A stretch of DNA of 64,000 nt from Mustelus asterias. Lineage: Eukaryota. The translations under genes were made by a program, and so were the position numbers. The notes under the pieces were generated by a model. It was not told the origin of the DNA. It ran no database searches and worked only from the letters and a program-made list of their open reading frames with translations. The stretch lies in assembly GCF_964213995.1 (NCBI RefSeq), contig NC_135812.1, positions 46,438,001-46,502,000 on the forward strand, written 5' to 3'. Below, one piece after another: positions 1 through 12,129 of this stretch (position 1 is its first letter; each line of letters opens with the position of its first letter).

Positions 1-371
1 TCTCCTGACTAAACTGAGACCGTACAAATCACCAAGTCTCAAAGATTTAAGTGATAAATAAGAAGTTGGATTAATTTTGTTACTATTTTCCTGAAATTGG
101 CAGCACAAATGCATTTTAATTACACAAATCGAATATTCTTGAAATTCTTCAAGTCTAATGGCAGAAATGACACATGATGAATATCATCAATGTGTGCAAT
201 TATATTAGTTACTGAACCATCTCAAATAAGACATCTTTCCTAAGTGCCTGTGATACAGCTTTTTCAGAAGTAGCAGCATGAATTTAATCCATTCTGTACA
301 AGGACAAAAGCATTTCAACAAATCCATTTGTCATAGCATGTTGTTCTAATCATGGAGGACAAAAAGCTATA

Positions 372-1063
372 GGTGGAATTTAATGTCCTTCTTCTTGGCA
401 GGTTTGATGGTGGAGGCATTTAATCAGGTGGTGAGGGGTGAGGGGGTGGGGGATGGCTGATGTATATCCCGCTTCTTTTGCGTCTCCATCTCAATGAGGT
501 ATGTGTCAGGAAGGCACGGAAGGACGGCCTTCCCATCCTATCACCACTTGAGGCTGTCAGGTGAGTAATTAATGACCACCTAAGGGCCTCATCCCATTGC
601 TGCTAATATTTATCCAGATACAGGCAGGGGGAGCAGGCTGGGGGGTGCTCACCATTCAGGAAGGACAGGATTGTTTGCGGACCTCTAGGAGGGTTGTTGG
701 GAGGGGTTCCCTTGTTCTAAGGCATTCAGTGCCTGATTGAGTCATCCAGTATCAAAAGGATTGGTGGGGAGGGGAACTGCTGAGAGTCAGCCCTCATCCT
801 TGCTAGCGACCCTCCTCCATCCCTTTCTCCAATGACCCCTCGCCTACAAACCCCCTCCCACCATCTCCAGCGTTCAAAAGGTAGCTGGGACTTCTGCCCC
901 CACTTGCCATCTGTCCTTGATTTTGGGAGGACCCTCTGCTGTCCAGTTAAGTACCTGATTGGCATTTAATGCAATGGGACCTCCCTGAAAGAGATGGCGT
1001 GGGGCTCCTACTAACTCTTAAGCCAGCAGGTGAGATTCCGATCACCTCCATTAAATCTTGTCC
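372..1063. mobile_element. Degenerate MITE / non-autonomous DNA transposon-like element
   Basis: Imperfect terminal inverted repeats GGTGGAATTTAATG (372) and CATTAAATCTTGTCC (1049-1063) enclose a GC-richer non-coding interior; no transposase ORF. Confidence 0.35.
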
Positions 1064-1552
1064 GATGAGTAGAACATAATTATTCTCTAATCAGCCTCAG
1101 CAAGAAATGGGCACTGATTCATGGAAATTCAGTTAGTAAGAACAGGTAAGTTAGTAAGTTATACATGAAAATAAATACAGGAAATTGATAGATTACAAAA
1201 GAATTTCAGAAGTTCATAAGCATAGCAGTACGAGAGCTGATCTATTGCAGGATTTACAGACATAAATACATGAAACAATGAAACTAGGCAAAGCTGCACA
1301 TGATTTCACTCTCTGATTCCTCCCTTTAAGGAACCTACTACTTATTAGAATACAGTTCACATACTTCAGTTATCCTCACGAACCTTGTCCAAAGTAGGCA
1401 TTCTCCAGGTGTAATCTTCCACTGTGTATGTTGCAGCCTATCCTCTGATAACCACTATTGTCTTTCCAAGTGAGGCTCTGTTTGTTTGCATGGGTGACTT
1501 CCAAATTGGATAGCGCATTCATCAACTAACCAGCAGTGGAAGATGACTGTCA

Positions 1553-1877
1553 GAATCATAGAAACCCTACAGTGCAGAAGGAGGTCATTCAGCAAATCAA
1601 GTCTGCACTGACAACAATCCCACCCTGGCCCTGTCCCCATAACCCTACATATTTACCCCATTAATCCCTCTAACCTACACAACCTGGGACACCAAGGGGC
1701 AATTTAGCATGGCCAAACCATCTAACCCGCACATCTTTGGACTGTGGGAGGAAACCGGAGCACCCGGAGGAAACTCACACAGATACGGGGAGAATGTGCA
1801 AACTCCGCACAGTGACCCAAGCCGGGAATCGGACCCAGGTCCCTGGAGCTGTGAGGCAGTGGTGCCACCGTGCCGCC
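1553..1877 (-). mobile_element. HE1-like tRNA-derived V-SINE with CR1/HER1 tail
   Basis: Minus strand reads GGCGGCACGGTGGCAC...CCTCACAGCTCCAGGGACCTGGG, V-type core (GTTTCCTCCGGGTGCTCCGGTTTCCTCCCACAGTCCAAAGATGTGCGGG) and a ...CACTGTAGGGTTTCTATGATTCT tail. Confidence 0.9.
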
Positions 1878-3322
1878 GAAGATTTATTTGTTTTACTTAG
1901 TTAGTTGCGCACTTTTTTAGTGAATGCTGATTTGCCCTTTAACTATTATCTTACCTCCTGACCTCCTGCTGATTACCACCTACCATCATCCCTCAGATGA
2001 TGAATCAGTACTCCTCCATGTTGAACAGCATGTGGAAGAACTAAGGGTGGCAAGGGGGCAGAATGTACTGTGGGTGGGGACTTCATTGTCCATCACCAAG
2101 AGCAGCTTGGCGGCACCATGACAGAAGGTGGTGAGGGAACCAACAAGAGGGAATGAAATACTTGACATCATCTTTATCAAACTACATTTTGCAAATACAT
2201 TTGCCCATGACAGACTTGATAGCAATAATCACTACACAGTTGTTGTTGGAACAATGCTCTGTTTTCACATTGAGGGCACACTTCATTGTGTGGTGTGGCA
2301 CTACCACCATGCTAAATGAAGCAGATTCAGAATAGACCTAGCTGCACAAAACCAGGCTTCCATGAGGCGGTGTGGGCCATGAGCAGGAGCAGAATTGTAT
2401 TTAACTACAATCTGTAACCTTATGGTCCACCTTGCCAGCTTTACTGTGAAGACAAGGGGCCAATTCTGGTTCAAAGAGAAGTGCAGGAGAGCATGCCAGG
2501 AGCATCATAAAGCATACCTAAAAATGAGGTGCCAATCTGGTGAAGCTACAACATAGGACTAAGTACACGCTAAACAACAAAGCAATATGCTATAAACAGA
2601 GATAAGTGATCCCACAATCATCATATCAGATCAAGGATTTAAAATTCTGCTACATCCAGTCATGAATTAAACCACCACCTGGAAGATGAGGCTCCACAAA
2701 CATCCCATCCTCAATGATGGCAGGGCCTAGTATGAGTGCAAAAGACAAGGCTGAAAGCATTTGTAAAATCTTCAGCCAGACGTGCCAAGTGGATGATCTA
2801 TTTTAGCCTCCGAGGTCCCCGGCATTATACGATACCAGTCTACAGCCAGTTTGATTCACTCCAGATGATATCAATAAACGGCTAAAGGCACTGGATGTAG
2901 CAATGACTATGGGCCCTGATAACATCTGTACTCTAGGACTGAAGACTTGTGGTCTAGAGCTAGTCCCCAGCCCCAAGCCAAATTATTTCAACACATCTAC
3001 AATACTGGCATCTACTCAACAACATAGAAAATTGCACAGGTATGTTGTGTCCACAAAAAACAGGATAAATCCAATCTGGCCAGTCACTGTCCCATCCATT
3101 ATCAGAAAATGATGGAAGGTATTAACATAGAACAGTACAGCACAGAACAGGCCCTTCGGCCCACGATGTTGTGCCGAGCTTCATCTGAAACCAAGATCAA
3201 GCTATCCCACTCCCTATCATCCTGGTGTGCTCCATGTGCCTATCCAATAACCGCTTAAATGTTTCTAAAGTGTCTGACTCCACTATCACTGCAGGCAGTC
3301 CATTCCACACCCCAACCACTCT

Positions 3323-6100
3323 CTACGTAAAGAACCTACCTCTGATATCCGTCCTGTATCTCCCACCACGAACCCTATAGTTATGCCCCCTTGTAATAGC
3401 TCCATCCACCCGAGGAAATAGTCTTTGAACGTTCACTCTATCTATCCCCTTCATCATTTTATACACCTCTATTAAGTCTCCCCTCAGCCTCCTCCGCTCC
3501 AGAGAGAACAGCCCTAGCTCCCTCAACCTTTCCTCATATGACCTACCCTCCAAACCAAGCAGCATCCTGGTAAATCTCCTCTGCACTCTTTCCAGCGCTT
3601 CCACATCCTTCTTATAGTGAGGTGACCAGAACTGCACACAATATTCCAAATGTGGTCTCACCAAGGTCCTGTACAGTTGCAGCATAACCCCACGGCTCTT
3701 AAACTCCAACCCCCTGTTAATAAAAGCTAACACACTATAGGCCTTCTTCACAGCTCTATCCACTTGACTGGCAACCTTTAGAGATCTGTGGATATGGACC
3801 CCAAGATCTCTCCGTTCCTCCACAGTCTTCAGAACCCTACCTTTGACCCTGTAATCCACATTTAAATTTGTCCTACCAAAATGAATCACCTCACATTTAT
3901 CAGGGTTAAACTCCATTTGCCATTTTTCAGCCCAGCTTTGCATCCTATCTATGTCTCTTTGCAGCCTACAACAGCCCTCCACCTCATCCACTACTCCACC
4001 AATCTTGGTGTCATCAGCAAATTTACTGATCCACCCTTCAGCCCCCTCCTCTAAGTCATTAATAAAAATCACAAAGAGCAGAGGACCAAGCACTGATCCC
4101 TGCGGCACACCGCTAGCAACCTGCCTCCAATCCGAAAATTTTCCATCGACCACCACCCTCTGTCTTCGGTCAGACAGCCAGTTACCTATCCAATCGGCCA
4201 ACTTTCCCTCTATCCCACACCTCCTCACTTTCATCATAAGCCGACCATGGGGGACCTTATCAAACGCCTTACTAAAATCCATGTATATGACATCAACTGC
4301 CCTACCTTCATCAACACACTTAGTTACCTCCTCAAAAAATTCTATCAAATTTGTGAGGCACGACTTGCCCTTCACGAATCCGTGCTGACTATCTCGGATT
4401 AATCCGCATCTTTCTAAATGGTCGTAAATCCCATCCCTAAGGACCCTTTCCATCAATTTACCAACCACCGAAGTAAGACTAACCGGTCTATAATTACCAG
4501 GGTCATTTCTATTCCCTTTCTTAAACAGAGGAACAACATTCGCCATTCTCCAGTCCTCTGGCACCATCCCCGTGGACAGCGAGGACCCAAAGATCAAAGC
4601 CAAAGGCTCTGCAATCTCATCCCTTGCCTCCCACAGAATCCTAGGATACATTTCATCAGGCCCAGGGGACTTATCGACCTTCAGTTTATTCAAAACTGCC
4701 AAGACATCCTCCCTCCGAACATCTATTTCCTCCAGCCTATTAGCCTGTAACACCTTCTCTTCCTCAAAAACATGGCCCCTCTCCTTGGTGAACACTGAAG
4801 AAAAGTATTCATTCATCACCTCGCCTATCTCTACTGACTCCATACACAAGTTCCCACTACTGTCCTTGACCGGCCCTAACCTCACCCTGGTCATTCTTTT
4901 ATTCCTCACATAAGAGTAAAAAGCCTTGGGGTTTTCCTTGATCCGACCCGCCAAGGACGTCTCATGTCCCCTCCTAGCTCTCCTAAGCCCCTTTTTCAGC
5001 TCATTCCTTGCTAACTTGTAACCCTCAATCGAGCCATCTGAACCTTGTTTCCTCATCCCTACATAAGCTTCCCTCTTCCTTTTCACAAGACATTCCACCT
5101 CTTTTGTGAACCATGGTTCCCTCACTCGGCCATTTCCTCCCTGCCTGACAGGAACATACCTATCAAGGACATCCAGTATTTGTTCCTTGAAAAAGTTCCA
5201 CTTTTCATTCGTTCCTTTCTCTGACAGTTTCTGTTCCCAACTTATGCCCCCTAATTCTTGCCTAATCGCATCATAATTACCTCTCCCCCAATTGTAAACC
5301 TTGCCCTGCCGTACGGCCCTACCCCTCTCCATTGCAATAACAAAAGACACCGAATTGTGGTCACTATCTCCAAATTGCTCTCCCACAACCAAATCTAACA
5401 CTTGGCCCGGTTCATTTCCCAGTACCAAATCCAATGTGGCCTCACCTCTAGTCGGCCCATCCACATATTGTGTCAGGAAACCCTCCCGCACACACTGCAC
5501 AAAAACTGCCCCATCCAAACTATTTGACCTACAAAGGTTCCAATCAATATTTGGAAAGTTAAAGTCCCCCATGACAACTACCCTGTGACCCCCACACATA
5601 TCCATAATCTGCTTAGCAATTTCTTCCTCCACATCTCTATTACTATTTGGGGGCCTATAGTAAACTCCTAGCAACGTGACCGCTCCTTTCCTATTTCTAA
5701 CTTCAGCCCATATTACCTCAGTGTGCAGATCCCCCACGAAGTGCCTTTCCGCAGCCGTTAAACTATCCTTGATTAACAATGCCACTCCTCCACCTCTTTT
5801 ACCAGCTTCCCTACACTTAGTGAAACATCTATACCCCGGAAGGTCCAACAACCATTCCTGTCCTTGTTCTACCCACGTCTCCGTAATGGCCACAACATCG
5901 TAGTCCCAAGTACCAATCCACGCCCCAAGTTCATCTACCTTGTTCCGGATGCTCCTTGCATTGAAGTAGACACACTTCAACCCACCTTCCTGTCTACCAG
6001 TACCCACCCTTGACCCTGATACCTTCCCCAATATCTCACCACCCTCACTGACTTCTGGACTACAACTCCTTTTCCCACTCCCCTGACAAATTAGTTTAAA
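3323..6100 (-). CDS. CR1 ORF2: AP endonuclease + reverse transcriptase (truncated by TAG at 3323-3325; frame continues to TGA at 3197-3199)
   Basis: APE motifs YFNARS, AITETW, GVYYRPP, MGDFN, SDH; RT motifs [36 protein letters not shown]; CR1 C-terminus LEYCVQFWSP, LFSLERRRLRGDLIEVYK. Confidence 0.95.
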   Translation of the reverse strand, partial: FKLICQGSGKRSCSPEVSEGGEILGKVSGSRVGTGRQEGGLKCVYFNARSIRNKVDELGAWIGTWDYDVVAITETWVEQGQEWLLDLPGYRCFTKCREAGKRGGGVALLIKDSLTAAERHFVGDLHTEVIWAEVRNRKGAVTLLGVYYRPPNSNRDVEEEIAKQIMDMCGGHRVVVMGDFNFPNIDWNLCRSNSLDGAVFVQCVREGFLTQYVDGPTRGEATLDLVLGNEPGQVLDLVVGEQFGDSDHNSVSFVIAMERGRAVRQGKVYNWGRGNYDAIRQELGGISWEQKLSEKGTNEKWNFFKEQILDVLDRYVPVRQGGNGRVREPWFTKEVECLVKRKREAYVGMRKQGSDGSIEGYKLARNELKKGLRRARRGHETSLAGRIKENPKAFYSYVRNKRMTRVRLGPVKDSSGNLCMESVEIGEVMNEYFSSVFTKERGHVFEEEKVLQANRLEEIDVRREDVLAVLNKLKVDKSPGPDEMYPRILWEARDEIAEPLALIFGSSLSTGMVPEDWRMANVVPLFKKGNRNDPGNYRPVSLTSVVGKLMERVLRDGIYDHLERCGLIRDSQHGFVKGKSCLTNLIEFFEEVTKCVDEGRAVDVIYMDFSKAFDKVPHGRLMMKVRRCGIEGKLADWIGNWLSDRRQRVVVDGKFSDWRQVASGVPQGSVLGPLLFVIFINDLEEGAEGWISKFADDTKIGGVVDEVEGCCRLQRDIDRMQSWAEKWQMEFNPDKCEVIHFGRTNLNVDYRVKGRVLKTVEERRDLGVHIHRSLKVASQVDRAVKKAYSVLAFINRGLEFKSRGVMLQLYRTLVRPHLEYCVQFWSPHYKKDVEALERVQRRFTRMLLGLEGRSYEERLRELGLFSLERRRLRGDLIEVYKMMKGIDRVNVQRLFPRVDGAITRGHNYRVRGGRYRTDIRGRFFT

Positions 6101-7017
6101 CCCCCCTGAAGAGCCGTAACAAATTTCCCTCCGAGGATATTGGTGCCCCTCTGGTTCAGGTGCACCCCGTCCTGTTTGTACAGGTCCCACCTTCCCCAGA
6201 ACGTGTTCCAATTATCCACGTATCTGAAACCCTCCCTCCTACACCATCCCTGCAACCACATATTTAACTGCACTCTCTCCCTGTTCCTCAACTCGCTATC
6301 ACGTGGTACCGGCAACGTACCAGAGATGACCACATGTTTCGTCTTGGCTCTCAGCTTCCAGCCCAGCTCCAGAAATTCCTGCTTTAAATCCCCGTCCCTT
6401 CTCTTACCTATGTCATTGGTACCAATGTGCACCACGACTTGTGACTGTTTCCCCTCCCCCTTCAGAATCTGGAAAACACGGTCTGAGACATCACGGACCT
6501 TGGCATCCGGTAGGCAACATGCCATCCGTGAGTCTCTTTTGCTGCCACAGAACCTCCTATCTATCCCTCTAACTAACGAGTCCCCAATAACTATCGCCCT
6601 CCCGCTCTCCCCCTTTCCCTCCCGAGCCACAGAGACGGACACAGTGCTGGAGATCCTCTCACTGCGGCTCCCCACTGGTATGTCATCCCCCTCAACCGTA
6701 TCCAAAGCGGAATACTTGTTGCTAAGGGGAACGACCACAGGGGATCCCTGCACTGACTGCTTCCTCCCAGCCCCTCTCACCGTCACCCATCTGTTTTCAA
6801 TCCTCGGAGTAACTGTATTCCTAAAGCTTGTGTCTATGGCCATCTCTGCGTCCCTGATGATCCTAAGTTCATCCAACTCCAGCTCCAGTTCCCTAACACG
6901 GTTTTGGAGGAGCTGCAGATGGGTGCACTTCCCACAGGTGTAATCAGTAGGGACACTGTCGTCGTCCCTCACCTCAAACATAGTGCAAGAGGAACATTGC
7001 ACTGCCTGCACACCCAT
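6091..7017 (-). CDS. CR1 ORF1: zinc finger + coiled coil + SGNH esterase domain
   Basis: CxxC..CxxC (CSSC...CGKC), heptad segment LQNRVRELELELDEL, SGNH blocks IVIGDS, HIGTND, DGVH. Confidence 0.93.
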   Translation of the reverse strand: MGVQAVQCSSCTMFEVRDDDSVPTDYTCGKCTHLQLLQNRVRELELELDELRIIRDAEMAIDTSFRNTVTPRIENRWVTVRGAGRKQSVQGSPVVVPLSNKYSALDTVEGDDIPVGSRSERISSTVSVSVAREGKGESGRAIVIGDSLVRGIDRRFCGSKRDSRMACCLPDAKVRDVSDRVFQILKGEGKQSQVVVHIGTNDIGKRRDGDLKQEFLELGWKLRAKTKHVVISGTLPVPRDSELRNRERVQLNMWLQGWCRREGFRYVDNWNTFWGRWDLYKQDGVHLNQRGTNILGGKFVTALQGGLN

Positions 7018-7528
7018 CCCCTCTAGATACCTTGCCAGTACCAGGTAGAAAGTGCAAAAATGAATTCAACTCACCCCTGCTCGCCCTTTCAGCCTAAGCC
7101 CTGTGAGCCAAAGTCTTATAGCTCACACTCCACTGCCCACACCCGACGCTGCCCGCTGTATACTGCAGCCTACCTTTTATACTTCACGCGCTTAAAAAAC
7201 CCTTCCCAGACTCCTTTGCTGCCCGGTCATCATCGATCAACAGTGCCATCAGGGGACACATATCAAGTAATCTTAAAAATATTGAAGTCAATGGGAATTT
7301 GGGGAAAATTCTCCACTGGTTGGAGTCATACCTTGCACAAAGGAAAACTGTTAGGTTTGTTGGTGACCAACCATCTCAATCCCAGGACATCGCTGCTGGA
7401 GTTCCCCAACCATCTTCAGTTGTTTCATCAAAGACCTTCCCTCCAAGAACAAGACACACCTGGGTAATTTTCCACATTGTTCGCTGATTGCAGAGTGCTC
7501 AATACCACTCACAACTCCACTGATACTG

Positions 7529-8319
7529 AACCATAGAACCATAGAAAATTACAGCTCAGAAACAGGCCTTTTGGCCCTTCTTGTCTGTGCCGAACCATTT
7601 TTTGCCTAGTCCCACTGACCTGCACTTGGACCATATCCCTCCACACCCCTCTCATCCATGAACCCGTCCAAGTTTTTCTTAAATGTTAAAAGTGACCCCG
7701 CATTTACCACTTTATCCGGCAGCGCATTCCACACTCCCACCACTCTGCGTGAAGAAGCCCCCCCTAATATTCCCTTTAAACTTTTCTCCTTTCACCCTTA
7801 ACCCATGCCCTCTGCTTTTTTTCTCCCCTAGCCTCAGCGGAAAAAGCCTGCTTGCATTCACTCTATCTATACCCATCAAAATCTTATACACCTCTATCGA
7901 ATCTCCCCTCAATCTTCTATGCTCCAGGGAATAAAGTCCCAACCTATTCAATCTCTCTCTGTAACTCAGCTTCTCAAGTCCCGGCAACATCCTTGTGAAC
8001 CTTATTTACATCCTTCCTGTAACTAGGTGACCAAAACTGTACACAATACTCCAAATTCAGCCTCACCAATGCCTTATATAACCTTACCATAACACTCCAA
8101 CTTTTATACTCGATACTCCGATTTATAAAGGCCAATGTACCAAAGGCACACTTTACGACCCTATCCACCTGTGACGTCACTTTTAGGGAATTTTGTACCT
8201 GTATTCCCAGATCCCTCTGTTCAATTGCACTCTTCAGAGTCCTACCATTTACCCTGTACGTTCTACTTTGGTTTGTCCTTCCAATGTGCAATATCTCACA
8301 CTTGTCTGCGTTAAATTGT
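7529..8319 (-). mobile_element. 5'-truncated CR1 LINE 3' fragment
   Basis: ORF pieces QFNADKCEILH..LEYCVQFWSP and LYSLEHRRLRGD; short (TTCTATGG) repeat tail at 7529-7546. Confidence 0.9.
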
Positions 8320-8513
8320 CTGTAGTTGTCTGTACGCACATATTGCAAGATCTGGACAGCATTCAGACTCGGGCTGATAAATGGCAAATAACATTCACAC
8401 TACACAAGTGCCAGGAAATAACCATCGCCAACAAGAGAGCATCTAACCATTTCCCTGCTACCTTTAATAGCATTAGCATCGCTAGATTCCCCACCACGAC
8501 ATCCTGGGCGTTT

Positions 8514-8858
8514 AGGGGAAGCACGGTGACACAGTAGTTAGCACTGCTGCCTCACAGCTCCAGGAACCTGGGTTCAATTCCAGCCTTGGGTGACTGTCTG
8601 TGAGGAGTTTTCACGTTCTGTGTTTATGTGGGTTCCTCCGGATTTCCTCCCACAGTCCAAAGATGTGTAGGTTAGGTGAATTGGCCATGCTAAATTGACT
8701 CTTATAGTCCCAAGATTGTAGGTTAGATGGATTAGGCATGGTAAATGTGTGGGAGCTACAGGGTGGGGGAGAGGGCTTTGGTAAGATACTCTGTCGGATA
8801 GTTGGCGCAGACTCAATGGGCTGAATGGCCTCTTCTTCACTGTAGGGATTCCATGATT
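8514..8858 (+). mobile_element. HE1-like V-SINE
   Basis: GCACGGTGACACAGTAGTTAGCACTGCTGCCTCACAG head with B-box-like GGTTCAATTCC, V-type core, CR1-type tail. Confidence 0.88.
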
Positions 8859-10104
8859 AACCAGAAACTTAACAGGACCAGCCATATAAATGTCATGGCT
8901 ACAGAAACAGGTCAAAGGCTGAGGATTCTGCAGTGAGCAACTCAGCATCTAACTCCCCAAAGCCTGCCCATCAGCTGCAAAGCACAGGTCAGGAGTATGA
9001 TGATAGACTCTCCACTTATATGAATGAGTGCATCTTCAATGTCACTCAAGAACCTGAATATTTTTGTGGACAAAAGAGCCCACATTACAGGCACCCCACC
9101 CACTATCTTAACATACAAACAAGGAGCAGGACTAGGCCAGTCAGCCCCTTGAGCATGATCCACCATTTAATAAGATCCTCCACCACTAATGCAGTGTACA
9201 CCAAATAAAAGATGCACTGCAGCGACTCACCAAAGCTCCATTGATCGCACCTTCCAAACCCATCAACCTCTACCACTACAATGGCAAGGGCAGCAGATGC
9301 AAGGGAACACTTTCACCTGCATGTTGCCCTCCAAGCCACACACTATCCTGACTTGGAACTATATTGCCGTCCCTTCACTGTCTCAGAGTCCTGGGACTCC
9401 CTTCCTAACAGCATTGAGTGCACCTACACTAAATGGACTGCAGCGGTTCAAGGCGACAACTTACTACCATCTTCTCAATGGCAATTAGGAATGGTAATAA
9501 ATGATGGCCTTGCATGCTCACATCCCAGAAATGAATTAAAATTGTGTTTTTAAATTATGATTAATTATTAAAAACGAATCTGCAAAATCTCACATCATTC
9601 CTGTTATTTTTTAAAAGGTTGCTTTAAGAGCTGATCATATGACTTGATGGTGATGTCATTCGGGTGTGTGCTCAGGCTGTTGTTTTACTTTCAGTTTTGT
9701 ATTCTGTGCAGAGAAAGGGCAGCTCTTCTACATACGTAAACCAAGTTGTTTCTTTCCATGTCAAACCCACAATGCCAACAGTTAGGACATTACAATTCCC
9801 ACCTAGCAGACCCAGTTCTGAGATCAATTGGGACCTAGGAACTTAGTACTGGCTATTTAGCCTCAAGTTTATACGGCCATTCAATGAGATCATGGCTGAT
9901 CTGTGGCCTAACTCCAAATGCCTGATGTTTCCTATACCCTTAAAATCATTGATTTAAAAAAATCAATGTCTGATTTAAAATTAACAATTGATATAGCGCA
10001 AATTGCTATTTGTGGAATAAAATCTCAAATTTCTACCATCTGTGCAGGCATGTTTCCTAATTTTGCTCCTGAAAGATCTGCTTCTATTTTTTTTAGATTT
10101 TGCC

Positions 10105-10428
10105 ATATCGAATCCCTACAGTGCAGAAGGAGGCCATTCGGCCCATCAAGTCTGCACCGATCACAATTCCACCCAGGCCCTAACGCCATAACCCCATGCA
10201 TTTACCCTAGCTAGTCCCCCTGACACTAAGGGGCAATTTAGCATGGCCAATTCACCGAACCCGCACATCTTTGTACTGTGGGGGGAAACCGGAGCACCTG
10301 GAGGAAACCCACACAGACATGGGGAGAACATGTAAACTCCACATAGATGGTGACCCAAGCCAGGAATTGAACCCGGGTCCCTGGTATTGTGAAGCAGCAG
10401 TGCTAATCACTGTGCTACCGTGCCGCCC
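10105..10428 (-). mobile_element. HE1-like V-SINE
   Basis: Complete head/core/tail on minus strand, collinear with the other copies. Confidence 0.9.
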
Positions 10429-10884
10429 TGTATCTTGTTCTATCCTTTTTACATCCAAACTGGATTACCTCAAATTTGTCTATGTTGAAACCTATTTTCC
10501 ACAGTTTTGTCAATTTACTTAGTCTATCAATACCCATTTGTAATTTTATACTTCTTGCTACACTGATTACAATGTCGCCTTAATTTGTGTTATCAGCGAT
10601 TTTAGATTTGTGGCATTCTATTCAATCATCTAAGTTAAGAAATATAGCGAATAGTTGAGTGTTCAACACAGATCCTTGTGGGACCCCACCAACCATGTCC
10701 TGCCGAATAGATTATTGGACCATTATTCTGACTCACTGTCTCCTGCCACTCAGTCAATTTCCTAACCAGGTCAATAATTTGCCTTCAATTCCACATTTAG
10801 TTAACAGTCTCTTATGAGGGACTTTATCAAATGACTTCTGGAAGTTCAGATAAATAACAGCCATAGACATTCCCCTATAATAAG

Positions 10885-11998
10885 CAACCTATTACCTCCA
10901 ACATCTCATCCCCTTATCCCTGCACCTTCCCATACAATCGTAGGAGGTGTGACACCTGCCCCTTTACCTCCACTCTTATCATCTAAGGTGATGTTAGAAG
11001 TGCAGGTCTCTTATCGAGTAAACTAGGACACTCTATGGAGTGAGTTGAGGGCAGGTGATGCTCATTAAATCATGTACTTAAGAGCTGAGTTTTTCCTCAG
11101 TGGGAGGGTTGCTTCTGGACAGGATCCAGAAGAGAAGAGTATAAACTGGTATTTGTACTGAAGTATAATATAACAATAAAACAGTTATGAACCACAGAAA
11201 GTCATCTGCTGCCTGATTTGGGAAATGGATATCTACCTATTATAAACACGCCTTCCAGGTGAAGCCATGATCCACTTCTTTCAATTCAGTCGACTGTATT
11301 TGCTGCTCACAATGTGGTCTCCTCTACATTGGGGAGGCTAAACGCAAGCTCGGTGACCACTTTGCGGAACACCTTTTCTCAGTCCAGAAGCATGACTCTG
11401 ATCTTCCTGTTGCTTTCCATTTCAATTCACCATCTTGCTCTCATGCTTATGTTTCTGTCCTTGGCCAACTACAAGGGTCCAGTGAAGCCCAATGCAAACT
11501 GGAGGAACATCATCTCATCTTCCAATTAGGCGCTTCACAGTTTTCTGGACTTAAAATTGAGTTCAATAATTTCAGACCATGAACTTCATTTGGATATATT
11601 TTTCCCCAACCCCCTCTCCCCACAAGTGCAGATTGTATCTTGTTTTTATGTTTTGATTTCCGAAAGTGCTGACCTTTATTCTGCTATCAACATGTGACCT
11701 ATCTGACCTTTATGCCACCATTAGCACCAGTCTTAAGTTTTTAACACTACCCTAACCATTCTCTTTGTCTTGTGTCCATGACATCTTTGTCAAATCTCTC
11801 CTGAGCTCCCACCTATCCATGACCTATTTTGCTCCACCTACTCCACCCCTCCCCTTAAATAGTGTAAAACCCATCACATTTCTCCCTTTCAGCTCTGTCG
11901 AAGTGTCACACAGACTCAAAATGTTACCTCTGTTTTTCTCTCTCCACAGATGCTGCCAGACCTGCTGAATTTTTTCTAGAATTTTCCATCTTTATTAC
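10885..11998 (+). mobile_element. Degenerate Penelope-like element 3' part (GIY-YIG remnant + pLTR)
   Basis: 11295-11375 translates as CICCSQCGLLYIGEAKRKLGDHFAEHL (GIY-YIG); pLTR-like end ...CTCTCCACAGATGCTGCCAGACCTGCTG with a decayed hammerhead-like segment at 11890-11930. Confidence 0.75.
10992..11248 (+). mobile_element. Possible solo LTR inside the Penelope fragment
   Basis: TGTT...AACA termini, internal AATAAA at about 11175; interrupts Penelope sequence. Confidence 0.35.
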
Positions 11999-12129
11999 AG
12001 ACACTCCCCTGTCTGCTACTTTATTTACCTCTTCAAAAAAAATCAATCACGTTTGTCAGACATGACCTACACTTTATAAATGTGTGCTGGTTCTCTGATT
12101 AGCTCTTATGGTGTTTAGTCACGTTATCC

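Larger units (their letters stand above)
3125..7235 (-). mobile_element. Near full-length young CR1-clade (HER1-like) LINE
   Basis: About 0.2 kb 5' UTR, ORF1, ORF2, short 3' UTR ending ...GGGCCTGTTCTGTGCTGTACTGTTCTATGTT; interrupts the older LINE. Confidence 0.95.
1960..9543 (+). mobile_element. Old degenerate CR1/L2-superclade LINE (APE + RT remnants), split by three younger insertions
   Basis: APE-like remnant LLLITTYHHPSDDESVLLHVEQHVEE..QNVLWVG at 1960-2080; RT-region remnants at 2900-3120, 7236-7500 and 8330-9100; 3' end ...GGACTGCAGCGGTTCAAG...GGCAATTAGG...CACATCCCAGAAATGAATTAAAA at 9435-9542. Many stops and frameshifts. Confidence 0.75.

Noticed and set aside
3951-6943. Plus-strand ORFs opposite the CR1 ORFs
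   Set aside because: Antisense shadows of open LINE frames.
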